Below, piece by piece: positions 16,536 through 24,889 of a stretch of 64,000 nucleotides of DNA. This stretch comes from Deltaproteobacteria bacterium (GTDB lineage: Bacteria > Desulfobacterota > Desulfobacteria > Desulfobacterales > C00003060). Below the pieces are notes generated by a model, which searched no databases, had not been told where the DNA came from, and worked only from the letters and a program-made list of their open reading frames with translations. Position numbers and translations under genes: made by a program. The stretch lies in contig JAFDKF010000018.1 in the NCBI GenBank assembly GCA_019307135.1, positions 11,321-75,320 of the forward strand. The letters are read 5' to 3'. Position 1 is the stretch's first letter. The number at the start of each line of letters is the position of its first letter.

Positions 16536-18479
16536 TTGTCTTTGGTCACGAACGAGTGGAATATTGTAATAGTGGAAGAGCTTGTTTTCGTCCTCATTGT
16601 TTTACCTTTTCTGGCGGCTATATGCTCTTATTTGATACGATCCGGTGCGGTTCGGTCTTTTATCGTTCTGGCCACAGGCTCCCTTATGGCCGCAAGCGCA
16701 TTGTTGCTTATCCCCCGTGTCCCTTTCGCCTTTTCGCCGAAAGCCCTTTTTGGCGTGGGTGTCCATGACATCATCCTGGCCGCGGATTTCTTCCTGCTGT
16801 TTCTTATCTTGTATTTCGGGTTCAAGCACCACAGCCTTGTGATAAAAATCCTGGCCCTTTTCCAGATCGTACTCATGGCCTATCTCGAGTTTTTCCTGAT
16901 CAGAGATGACGCTGCTTTCCTGACCATTTATTGCGACAATCTCACACTCATTATGGTCCTGATCATTTCCATCGTGGGCTCTATCATCTGCGTTCAGGCC
17001 ATCCCGTACATGAAAAACTACGAGGAGCACCTGGATCTGAAAAAGTCCCGGCAGCACCGGTTTTTCTTCGTTATGATACTCTTTTTGGGCGCCATGAACG
17101 GCCTGGTTCTCTCCAACGACATGGTGTTTTTCTATTTTTTCTTCGAGGTAACCACCCTCTGCTCGTTCTTACTCATCGCTCACGACGGGACCGAGACCGC
17201 CATAAAAAACGCGGTGCGGGCTTTGTGGATGAACAGCCTTGGGGGTGCGGCCTTCATCGTGGCTCTGGTCTTGATCTACAAAGAAATGGGCGCTCTGGAC
17301 ATGCAGCGAATTGTTCACACCAGTCCGGCGGCCGGACTCTGTCTTCTGGCGCTCGCGCTCCTTTGCTTTGCGGCCTTCACCAAGGCCGCCCAGTTTCCTT
17401 TCCAGGGCTGGCTGTTGGGTGCTATGGTCGCTCCGACGCCTGTCTCGGCCCTTCTGCACTCGAGCACCATGGTCAAGGTCGGCGTATATCTGGTTCTTCG
17501 GCTCGCCCCGGCTATGAACGGAACCTTTTTGAGCCAGTGCGTAGCCCTGTTTGGCGGGTTTACCTTTCTGGCCGCAGCCGCGCTGGCAGTCGGGCAGAGC
17601 AACGGCAAGAAGGTTCTGGCCTATTCCACCATCAGCAACTTAGGTCTAATCTTTGCCTGCGCGGGACTGAACATCCCTGAAGCCATCACTGCCGCGATTT
17701 TGCTTGTCATCTTCCACGCCGTGATCAAGGCGCTTCTCTTTCTCTGTGTGGGAACCATAGAGCAACATATTGAAAGCCGCGATATCGAGGATATGCGCGG
17801 CCTGTACGCCCAGATGCCCCTGACGGCCCTGACCACCGTCATGGGCGTCATTATGATGATCATGCCACCCTTTGGCGTGCTCTTGGGCAAATGGATGGCC
17901 ATGGAGGCGGCCGCCAGGAACCTTTATGTGATCATCATGATCGCCTTAGGCAGTGCGCTGACAGTCATGTACTGGGCCCGGTGGGCCGGTACCCTGATGA
18001 GCGACCCGTTCGCGGGGAGGTTCAGGCCGGAAAGACAACCGTTGCTGACCTGGGCTGCCCTGGCCTCGCTCTGCGCGGGCGGGGGAGTCCTGAGCATTGC
18101 CGCGCCGTGGCTCTACTCGCGGATGATCATCCCTGCCTTGAATGGAAACTACGTTCCGCCTTACACGGTGCATGTCGGGATTCTGGAGAATTCCTTTGGG
18201 GTGTTCCCGGTTTTGCCGCTCTGTCTGGTCGCGGCTCTCGGGTTCGTCATCTCCATCTGGGCGGTGAGAAGGGCGGCGCGCGCACGCATCATTGCACCCT
18301 ACTTGAGTGGCTTGCAGACAGCCGAACCTGGCGTCTTCAGGGGGCCTATGAACCGGCTCGTGAAAGCTGAAGCCAGAAACTACTATCTCTCGTCTATATT
18401 TGGTGAGGAAAGGCTGACTACCTGGATCAACCTCGGCGCGGCAGTGCTGCTAACCCTCCTGGTGGGAGGAGCGTTATGA
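16536..18479 (+). CDS. echA: Ech hydrogenase membrane subunit A (NuoL/HyfB-like antiporter-type subunit)
   Basis: Track ORF of 647 aa, polytopic, with conserved proton-pump subunit blocks (FPFQGWLLGAMVAPTPVSALLHSSTMVKVG). The start is uncertain, at TTG 16536 or GTG ~16572. Confidence 0.8.
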   Translation: MSLVTNEWNIVIVEELVFVLIVLPFLAAICSYLIRSGAVRSFIVLATGSLMAASALLLIPRVPFAFSPKALFGVGVHDIILAADFFLLFLILYFGFKHHSLVIKILALFQIVLMAYLEFFLIRDDAAFLTIYCDNLTLIMVLIISIVGSIICVQAIPYMKNYEEHLDLKKSRQHRFFFVMILFLGAMNGLVLSNDMVFFYFFFEVTTLCSFLLIAHDGTETAIKNAVRALWMNSLGGAAFIVALVLIYKEMGALDMQRIVHTSPAAGLCLLALALLCFAAFTKAAQFPFQGWLLGAMVAPTPVSALLHSSTMVKVGVYLVLRLAPAMNGTFLSQCVALFGGFTFLAAAALAVGQSNGKKVLAYSTISNLGLIFACAGLNIPEAITAAILLVIFHAVIKALLFLCVGTIEQHIESRDIEDMRGLYAQMPLTALTTVMGVIMMIMPPFGVLLGKWMAMEAAARNLYVIIMIALGSALTVMYWARWAGTLMSDPFAGRFRPERQPLLTWAALASLCAGGGVLSIAAPWLYSRMIIPALNGNYVPPYTVHVGILENSFGVFPVLPLCLVAALGFVISIWAVRRAARARIIAPYLSGLQTAEPGVFRGPMNRLVKAEARNYYLSSIFGEERLTTWINLGAAVLLTLLVGGAL

Positions 18480-19327
18480 TCAACACCTGCGCTCTCATCC
18501 TCGCCGGCCTTGTCGCCGCCCCCTTAGCCGGGGGTCTTGTAAACGGCCTGGACAGGATTCTCACCGCCCGCTTTCAGGCGCGCGTGGGCCCGCCCGTTGT
18601 GCAACCGTTTTATGATGTGGTCAAGCTCCTGGGCAAGGAAAAGACGGTCGTCAACGTCTGGCAGGCGTTTTGCGCATACTGCTATCTGGCGGCAACCGCC
18701 ATCTCGGTGGTTCTTTTTTTCCTGCAATCCGACCTCTTACTCATCTTATTCATTCAGGCCGTAGGCGCGGTCTTCTTGGTCATCGGAGCACTTTCTTCGA
18801 CCTCGCCTTACAGCCAGGTCGGTGCCCAACGCGAGCTTTTACAGATTCTCTCTTACGAGCCGTTGCTTGTCCTCGTCACCGTAGGCATCTATCTTGAGAC
18901 AGGCAGTTTCAAGATCGGACAGGTCTACGCCTGGGATGAGCCGCTTCTTCTGAAGCTCCCGTTTCTGTTCGTGGTTCTCGGTTACGCCCTCACCATCAAG
19001 CTTCGAAAATCGCCTTTTGATTTGTCCACCTCGCATCACGGCCACCAGGAGCTCGTCAAAGGGTTGCTCACTGACTACTCCGGGCCTTTCCTGGCTCTCA
19101 CCGAGATTGGCCACTGGTTTGAGGTCGTGCTGATCCTTGGCCTTTGCTCCCTGTTTTGGGCCACGAGCTGGATAGGCATGATCATAATTGTAGCGACAAC
19201 GTATTTTCTGGAAATCGTGATCGATAACGTTTCGGCCCGCATGAACTGGCGATGGATGCTCGGTTACGTATGGGCCATGGGACTGACCCTGTCCGTGGTG
19301 AATCTTGTCTGGTTGTACGTACGGTAA
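18476..19327 (+). CDS. echB: Ech hydrogenase membrane subunit B (NuoH/HycD-like)
   Basis: Track ORF of 283 aa, polytopic, with a 4-nt overlap with echA. Confidence 0.8.
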   Translation: MINTCALILAGLVAAPLAGGLVNGLDRILTARFQARVGPPVVQPFYDVVKLLGKEKTVVNVWQAFCAYCYLAATAISVVLFFLQSDLLLILFIQAVGAVFLVIGALSSTSPYSQVGAQRELLQILSYEPLLVLVTVGIYLETGSFKIGQVYAWDEPLLLKLPFLFVVLGYALTIKLRKSPFDLSTSHHGHQELVKGLLTDYSGPFLALTEIGHWFEVVLILGLCSLFWATSWIGMIIIVATTYFLEIVIDNVSARMNWRWMLGYVWAMGLTLSVVNLVWLYVR

Positions 19328-19332
19328 AGGGT

Positions 19333-19405
19333 ATCCGTTCACGGTTTCTTTTAACCCTGAACCCTGAACCCTGAACCTCTGAACCGTGAACCCATGAACG
19401 GTTAC
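19333..19405. mobile_element. Short family A element, copy A3, inside the ech operon
   Basis: The sequence tccgttcacgg...ccctgaaccctgaaccctgaacctctgaaccgtgaacccatgaacggttac fills almost the whole echB-echC spacer and ends 5 nt before the echC ATG. Confidence 0.7.
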
Positions 19406-19410
19406 TCGAC

Positions 19411-19842
19411 ATGTTCAAAAGAATGATAACAGAGTCTCGGATCAAGTCGCCGTGGCTGCTGCACTACGATTGCGGCAGTTGCAACGGCTGCGACATCGAG
19501 GTCTTGGCCTGCCTGACGCCGGTCTATGACATTGAGCGGTTCGGCATCGTCAATGTGGGCAACCCCATGCACGCCGATATCCTGCTCGTTACCGGCACGG
19601 TCAATCATAGGAACAAAAAGGTGCTGGTCAATCTGTACGATCAGATGCCGCACCCCAAGGTGGTCGTGGCCATCGGCTCCTGCGGCCTGTCGGGTGGTAT
19701 TTTTCGGGAGGCATACAATGTGGTTGGCGGCGTGGACAAGGTCATTCCGGTGGACGTTTACGTCCCCGGCTGCCCGGCAAAGCCCGAGGCCATCATCGAT
19801 GGTGTGGTCATAGGTTTGCAAAAATTCCATGAAAAGATGTGA
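19411..19842 (+). CDS. echC: Ech hydrogenase small subunit (NuoB-like, one [4Fe-4S])
   Basis: Track ORF of 143 aa with the Cys pattern CGSCNGC ... GSCGLSGG ... PGCPAKP. Confidence 0.85.
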   Translation: MFKRMITESRIKSPWLLHYDCGSCNGCDIEVLACLTPVYDIERFGIVNVGNPMHADILLVTGTVNHRNKKVLVNLYDQMPHPKVVVAIGSCGLSGGIFREAYNVVGGVDKVIPVDVYVPGCPAKPEAIIDGVVIGLQKFHEKM

Positions 19843-19848
19843 GGGATA

Positions 19849-20241
19849 ATGACCATGAAAGGTGAAATGATTTCCGTCAGCATTGATACTGTGGTGGGGG
19901 AGACCGCGAAAATCAAAGTCGAAGGTTACAGGTTTGTCACCATGTCTTGCGCAGAGCTGGATCAGACCATGATAGACATCCTGTACCATTTCGATAAGGA
20001 TCTCGAACTGAAACATTTGCGACTGACAGTGCTCCGGGATACCCCGGTGCCGAGCGTTTCCCCGGTTTATTTCGCCGCCTTCCTGGTCGAAAACGAGATA
20101 CAGGACCTGTTTGCCGTCCGCTTCAAAGGGCTGGCTATCGATTACGAGCGCACCCTGTACCTGGACGAGGAAGTAAAGGTCACGCCCTTTTGCAAGTACA
20201 CGGTGGAGAAAACGGGGTGGGGAGTAGGGAGTAAGCAGTAA
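19849..20241 (+). CDS. echD: Ech hydrogenase subunit D (NuoC-like)
   Basis: Track ORF of 130 aa. Its position between the small and large subunits is as in six-gene ech operons. Confidence 0.7.
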   Translation: MTMKGEMISVSIDTVVGETAKIKVEGYRFVTMSCAELDQTMIDILYHFDKDLELKHLRLTVLRDTPVPSVSPVYFAAFLVENEIQDLFAVRFKGLAIDYERTLYLDEEVKVTPFCKYTVEKTGWGVGSKQ

Positions 20242-20267
20242 GCAGTAGGGAGCGAGGAGAACCTGCT

Positions 20268-21341
20268 ATGCCCCAGATAATACCGTTCGGACCACAACAC
20301 CCGGTGTTGCCCGAACCGATTCATTTGAAACTGAGCGTGGTGGACGGGATCATCACGGAGGCTGTTCCAGCCTTCGGGTTTGTCCACAGGGGGCTTGAGA
20401 AACTCGCAGACATCCGGGATTTCCACCAGATGATCCAGGTGGTGGAGCGAGTTTGCGGCATCTGCTCGATGATGCACGCCATGTGCTACGCTCAGGGCAT
20501 CGAGGAGATCATGGGCGTTGAAGTGCCGCCCAGGGCAAGGTTCCTGCGCGTCATCTGGGCCGAATTGCACCGGATGCACAGCCATCTCTTGTGGCTTGGC
20601 CTGTTTGCCGACAGCTTTGGCTTTGAAAGCCTGTTCATGCAGATCTGGAGAATCCGTGAAAAAGTCCTGGACATCAACGAGGCCACCACAGGGAACAGGA
20701 TTATCGTCGCGGTCAACGTCATCGGCGGCGTCAGAACGGATTTGAACCAGGAGCAGATGCGCTGGATCCTCTCTGAGCTTGCGGAGGTAGAAAAGGAAAT
20801 CAGGCGATTGGAAACCACCTTGATGGATGACTACACCGTCAAGAAGCGGACCGTGTGTAAGGGCGTCTTAACACGTAGCCAGGCATTTGAGTTGGGTCTT
20901 GCCGGTCCGACGCTGCGGGCCAGCGATGTTGCCCAGGACATGCGCATGCTCGGGTACGCTGCCTACAACGAGCTGGACTTTGAGCCGGTGGTGGAAAAGG
21001 ACGGTGATTGCTATGCCCGTTGCAAGGTCCGCTTTCGCGAAACCCTGCAGAGTATTGACATCATCAGACAGGCCGTCTCCAAGATACCCGAGGGTGAGTT
21101 AAGCGCAAAGGTCAAGTGCAGGCCCGATGGTGAGTCCGTTTCCCGGGTGGAACAGCCCAGGGGCGAATGCTTTTATTATATCAAGGCAAACGGCAAGAAG
21201 AACCTGGACAGGCTGCGGATCAGGACACCGACGTTTGCCAACGTCCCGGCGATTCTCGCCATGCTGCCCGGCATGTGGCTGTCCGACGTGCCAGTGATCG
21301 TCCTGTCCATTGACCCGTGCATTGCCTGCACGGAAAGGTAA
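20268..21341 (+). CDS. echE: Ech hydrogenase [NiFe] large subunit (group 4, NuoD-like)
   Basis: Track ORF of 357 aa with the N-terminal Ni-binding motif RVCGICS and the C-terminal motif DPCIACTER. Confidence 0.9.
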   Translation: MPQIIPFGPQHPVLPEPIHLKLSVVDGIITEAVPAFGFVHRGLEKLADIRDFHQMIQVVERVCGICSMMHAMCYAQGIEEIMGVEVPPRARFLRVIWAELHRMHSHLLWLGLFADSFGFESLFMQIWRIREKVLDINEATTGNRIIVAVNVIGGVRTDLNQEQMRWILSELAEVEKEIRRLETTLMDDYTVKKRTVCKGVLTRSQAFELGLAGPTLRASDVAQDMRMLGYAAYNELDFEPVVEKDGDCYARCKVRFRETLQSIDIIRQAVSKIPEGELSAKVKCRPDGESVSRVEQPRGECFYYIKANGKKNLDRLRIRTPTFANVPAILAMLPGMWLSDVPVIVLSIDPCIACTER

Positions 21342-21354
21342 GGGGGTATGGACT

Positions 21355-21702
21355 GTGTTCAAAATGACCCCGAACATAATCAGAAACTTCGTCACCAAAA
21401 GGGCCACGAGGCGCTATCCCCATGAGGTAAGAGCGCCCTTTGAAGGCGCGCGGGGCGAGCTGTATAACGAAATCGAAAAATGCACGTTTTGCAGGATTTG
21501 CGCTGTCAAGTGCCCTTCACAATGCATCACGGTGGACAAAAAGACGGCCACATGGGAATGCAACCCCTTTGCCTGCGTGTATTGCGGCATATGCGTGGAT
21601 GTCTGCCGGGAAAAATGCCTGCACCAGAAATGCCAGTACCGGCCTCCGGTTTGCGAACGGGAGATTATTTTCATGAAGGGCAAGACCAAAAAAACGGGGT
21701 AG
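21355..21702 (+). CDS. echF: Ech hydrogenase 2x[4Fe-4S] ferredoxin subunit (NuoI-like)
   Basis: Cys motifs are CTFCRICAVKCP and CVYCGICVDVC. The track ORF begins at 21310, but a GTG at 21355 or ATG at 21364 after aaggggg is more likely. The stop codon lies inside the first bases of MITE A4. Confidence 0.8.
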   Translation: MFKMTPNIIRNFVTKRATRRYPHEVRAPFEGARGELYNEIEKCTFCRICAVKCPSQCITVDKKTATWECNPFACVYCGICVDVCREKCLHQKCQYRPPVCEREIIFMKGKTKKTG

Positions 21703-21932
21703 GCGTTCACAGGTTCAGAGTTCACCGTTTCAGCCGTCGTAGCCTACGGCTACTTTCAGCCGTCGTAGCTGCGCTACTATGGCGAAGTCGGCATGGCGAA
21801 GTCGGCTCAGGGTTACCTTTCCTTTGTTCGGTCAACCCTGAACCCGTGAACCCTGAACCTCTGAACCCGTGAACCCTGAACCTCTGAACCCTGAACCCTG
21901 AACCTCTGAACCGTGAACCCGTGAACGGTTAC
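21699..21932. mobile_element. Family A MITE, copy A4, with an 8-bp target duplication
   Basis: It is flanked by aaaacggg (21691..21698 and 21933..21940). The arms are gtaggcgttcacaggttcag and ctgaaccgtgaacccgtgaacggttac. The core carries the sub-repeat cagccgtcgtagc...ctatggcgaagtcggc, which is also seen in 23253..23551. Confidence 0.8.
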
Positions 21933-21946
21933 AAAACGGGTTTTCA

Positions 21947-22070
21947 CTTTTACAATCTGTAAAGAATACTGACAGACATCTTTGATGGGCCACGGGCAAA
22001 GTTCCGTCCTCTTTTGAATAATATTACCTGTTTTCAACTACTTGTTCCGATTACCGGTCATCATTTGTCT
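21947..22070 (+). promoter_or_regulatory. Upstream activating region, paralogous to 7130..7252
   Basis: It has the same ordered blocks, including the palindrome TTTACAatcTGTAAA at its 5' end. Confidence 0.6.
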
Positions 22071-22085
22071 TGGCACACCCATTGC
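22071..22085 (+). promoter_or_regulatory. Sigma-54 (-24/-12) promoter P2
   Basis: cTTGGCACacccaTTGCTc matches the consensus with exact GG-N10-GC spacing, ~37 nt upstream of GTG 22122. Confidence 0.85.
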
Positions 22086-22121
22086 TCTTTCTCACTCCAA
22101 ACGACTGAGAAGGTAAATGCC

Positions 22122-22523
22122 GTGACCGAACAATTCACTATATTGATCGCAGACCGCAACCCCCACGTTCGGGAGTTTTTGCGTCGCGAGTTCATGGCAG
22201 AGGGCTACCGCGTCCGGACCGCCAAGGATGGCCGCGAGGTGGTGAGGATGACTCATGCTGATGAGCCTCCGGAGCTCCTGATCTTAGACCTGGACATGCC
22301 TTATGTGAGCGGACTGGCAATATTGGAGGAACTCCAGAACCGGAAGTCTCCTCTACCAGTAGTGGTCCACACTTTCCTTACGGAGCATGCAAAGCACCCC
22401 GCGGTCCAAAGGGCGGCAGGTTTTTGGGAGAAGCGCGGCAATAATATTGACGGCTTTAAGGCAACTGTCGCACAGGTGCTGAGAAAGTGCTATCCTCATC
22501 AGTTTGAGGCGGAGTTTCGTTAG
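22122..22523 (+). CDS. Stand-alone response-regulator receiver
   Basis: The in-frame GTG at 22122 follows gagaagg. Motifs are ILIADRN and LILDLDMPYVSG. The track ORF start at 22014 reads through the promoter. Confidence 0.75.
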   Translation: MTEQFTILIADRNPHVREFLRREFMAEGYRVRTAKDGREVVRMTHADEPPELLILDLDMPYVSGLAILEELQNRKSPLPVVVHTFLTEHAKHPAVQRAAGFWEKRGNNIDGFKATVAQVLRKCYPHQFEAEFR

Positions 22524-22728
22524 AAAACACATGTTGATTTCTCTGTGGGTAACCCCTTCCCAAAATATGAATTGTTTTTTTCTCTTGATTAGGGTAATAG
22601 ATGCACGTACAGACAATTCGGGAAGGGAGGTGGGAAAGATCAGGACTGGAGGCGGCTATGAGGAGGGGGATCATGCCCTGGCAAACCGAAACACATAAAG
22701 AACCAAACAAAAAAAGGAGGTGCAAGCG

Positions 22729-23181
22729 ATGGCGGAAATAAAGAAGATTCTTTTCCCTTGTGATTTGACAGAAAACTCGTCAAAGATTCTCCCCTATGTT
22801 TTGTCGGTTTCTGAGAAATGCAACAGCATGATTTATCTGCTTCATGTTGTACAAGACCTTCACAGGTGGGGCAAAGTGTATATTCCCCATGCTTCCATGA
22901 ATACGTTTCAAAACGAAGCCCTGGAAGGAGCTGAAAAGGCCCTGGACAGGGTTTGCGACGAACAGTTGGAAAGCTGTCCCAACTTTCAAAGAAGGATCGT
23001 TTCCGGGGACCCGGCCACGGAAATTCTGAAGACTATTGATACCGAAGATATAGACCTGGTAATCATGGGAACACACGGCCGCAAGGGATTGGAGCACACG
23101 ATCTTTGGGAGCGTGGCCGAGAATGTGGTGAAGAAATCCCCCGTTCCTGTGATGACTGTTAATCCTTATAAGGTCAAATAA
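22729..23181 (+). CDS. Universal stress protein (UspA family)
   Basis: The ATG at 22729 lies 9 nt after aggagg. The C-terminal ATP-binding motif is VMGTHGRKGLEHTIFGSVAENVV. Confidence 0.85.
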   Translation: MAEIKKILFPCDLTENSSKILPYVLSVSEKCNSMIYLLHVVQDLHRWGKVYIPHASMNTFQNEALEGAEKALDRVCDEQLESCPNFQRRIVSGDPATEILKTIDTEDIDLVIMGTHGRKGLEHTIFGSVAENVVKKSPVPVMTVNPYKVK

Positions 23182-23252
23182 CTCTTTGTCCAAATGGGCA
23201 TGATCTTGTGTAACCACTTTCAACGATTGAAATCCGAACATGTAAAAAAATG

Positions 23253-23551
23253 CCACCTGTGCGGTTAGGATGTCGGCCATTTGAGCCCTTTTGCCTGTTG
23301 AGTATGCCTCGGACATCCGCACCCGGTAGCGTGCCCCCTCCCCGCCTGCCAACGCCTGGGTCGCACCGAGGTTACAATTCAGCCGTCGTAGCTGACGCTA
23401 CTATGGCGAAGTCGGCTGCCCACACACAAGGCAACCTGCCCGCCATTGCCAGAGATGCCAGCATATAAGCTCAATGCTGTCTCAGGCGTTGGCAGGCGGG
23501 TGGCGGGCAGGTGTGGGGCACATATTGTGGTTTCAAGTAACCGCACAGGTC
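23253..23551. mobile_element. Family B MITE, copy B3
   Basis: The termini are ccacctgtgcggttag and gtaaccgcacaggtc. The flanking 9-mers are aaaaaaatg and gaaaaaatg (8 of 9 identical). Confidence 0.75.
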
Positions 23552-23581
23552 GAAAAAATGTGATACGTCAGGAGGTATACG

Positions 23582-23908
23582 ATGAAAAAGGCGAGCTGTT
23601 TCACAGTGATCTTCTTAACCGTCGTTTTGACCATCTGTCTGTTTGGTACGCAAGGCACAGCAGGTGAGAAGATCTACCAAATGAAGGGTGAAATAACGGC
23701 TATTGAGTCGGCTTACAACACGGTGGTCATCGAGGTCCCCATGGGAAAAAGGATGTTTACGGTAGCCGGGCCACTCTCGTCCGAGGCTATTTTGAAAAGG
23801 GGTGGACAGTGTGCAGGCTTGACAGATTTTGTGGTGGGTGATCAGGTCACGGTCAAATGGAGAGGTACAGATAAAGGGCACATCATTGAAATGCTCAAAG
23901 GCAATTAG
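23582..23908 (+). CDS. Small secreted protein of unknown function
   Basis: Track ORF of 108 aa with aggagg upstream and a signal-peptide-like N-terminus (MKKASCFTVIFLTVVLTICLFGTQGTAG). Confidence 0.6.
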   Translation: MKKASCFTVIFLTVVLTICLFGTQGTAGEKIYQMKGEITAIESAYNTVVIEVPMGKRMFTVAGPLSSEAILKRGGQCAGLTDFVVGDQVTVKWRGTDKGHIIEMLKGN

Positions 23909-23935
23909 ACAAAAAAGCAAAACAAGGAGGTCATC

Positions 23936-24391
23936 ATGAAAGCATTTAAGCAGATACTTTTCCCGATTGACTTTTCAGAATGTTCCGAAAAGGTTTTCCC
24001 CTTTGCGCTCGAAATGGCTCAAAAATTTGATGCAAAACTTCATATCCTATTCGTGGCAAGGGATATATCTTACCTGACAATGCTTGCCATTCCGCGCGAT
24101 CGGTTGATGAATACCTCGACCGAAATCGCCAGCGCAGGAGAAAACCAGATGAAGGCGTTTTGCGACAAACAGTTGAGCGGTTTTCCCAACCATGAGACCA
24201 AAGTGGTGATCGGGGACCCCGCAGAGGAAATTGTGAAATTTGCCGATGAACAGGGCATTGACATGATCGTCATGGGTACCCACGGCAGAAAGGGCCTGGA
24301 CCGCACTTTGATGGGCAGTGTTGCCGATCATGCAATCAAGAATGCCGCTATGCCGGTCTTGACCATCAATCCCTACAGGCTCAAAGTATAA
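23936..24391 (+). CDS. Universal stress protein (UspA family)
   Basis: Track ORF of 151 aa with aaggagg upstream and the motif VMGTHGRKGLDRTLMGSVADHAI. Confidence 0.85.
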   Translation: MKAFKQILFPIDFSECSEKVFPFALEMAQKFDAKLHILFVARDISYLTMLAIPRDRLMNTSTEIASAGENQMKAFCDKQLSGFPNHETKVVIGDPAEEIVKFADEQGIDMIVMGTHGRKGLDRTLMGSVADHAIKNAAMPVLTINPYRLKV

Positions 24392-24414
24392 TAGGTGTAT
24401 ACGTAGGGAAAACA

Positions 24415-24512
24415 GTAACCGTTCATGGGTTCAATGGTTCAGTTAAAAGAATAGAGGTCAGAGGTCAGAGGTCTGATCTGATCTCTGATCTCTGCTTTGT
24501 CAGATTTGATCT
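24415..24512. mobile_element. Family A element, copy A5 (left arm and core)
   Basis: gtaaccgttcatgggttcaatggttcagttaaaagaatagaggtcagaggtcagaggtctgatctgatctctgatctct. Confidence 0.65.
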
Positions 24513-24708
24513 CTCGTTCCAATCGGGCGGGGATAAACCCCGTTCCTACGTAGGGTCGGGATTTACTCCCGACCGAAAAGCACCACAAAGTCCCCCTTTT
24601 TTAAAGGGGGATTTAGGGGGATTTTAGAAAAAAAAAGGGGGGGGGATTTTCTCCCACATAGGCACAGAAGCGAGAAAACAGAATAATGTGATGAAGTAAA
24701 CCTAGTTA

Positions 24709-24857
24709 GTGCTTGAACGAAAACCCCCTAAATTACATTTTTCCTGTCATTGCGAGGGAGGCACGACCGAAGCAATCTCCTGGAAATAAAGAGATTGCCA
24801 CGTCGTTCGTTCCTCACTCCTCGCAATGACAGCTCGCAATTAAGGGTTTTCGTTCAG
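24709..24857. mobile_element. MITE inserted in the 5' region of hsp20 copy 1 (absent from copy 2)
   Basis: Alignment with 41390..41420 shows an extra ~150 bp bounded by the direct repeat aacctagtta (24699..24708 and 24858..24867). The ends are ttgaacgaaaaccc and gggttttcgttcag. The core is gtcattgcgaggg...cctcgcaatgac. Confidence 0.8.
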
Positions 24858-24889
24858 AACCTAGTTATCAGGTGAAAGGAGTGATGACT

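Noticed and set aside
16500-16575. A search for a sigma-54 promoter in front of echA, expected because an NtrC-type activator gene lies immediately upstream
   Set aside because: No GG-N10-GC element with a TTGC-like -12 is present. The nearest look-alikes (tgtggccattcagg, ttggtcacgaacgag) fail at the -12 position.
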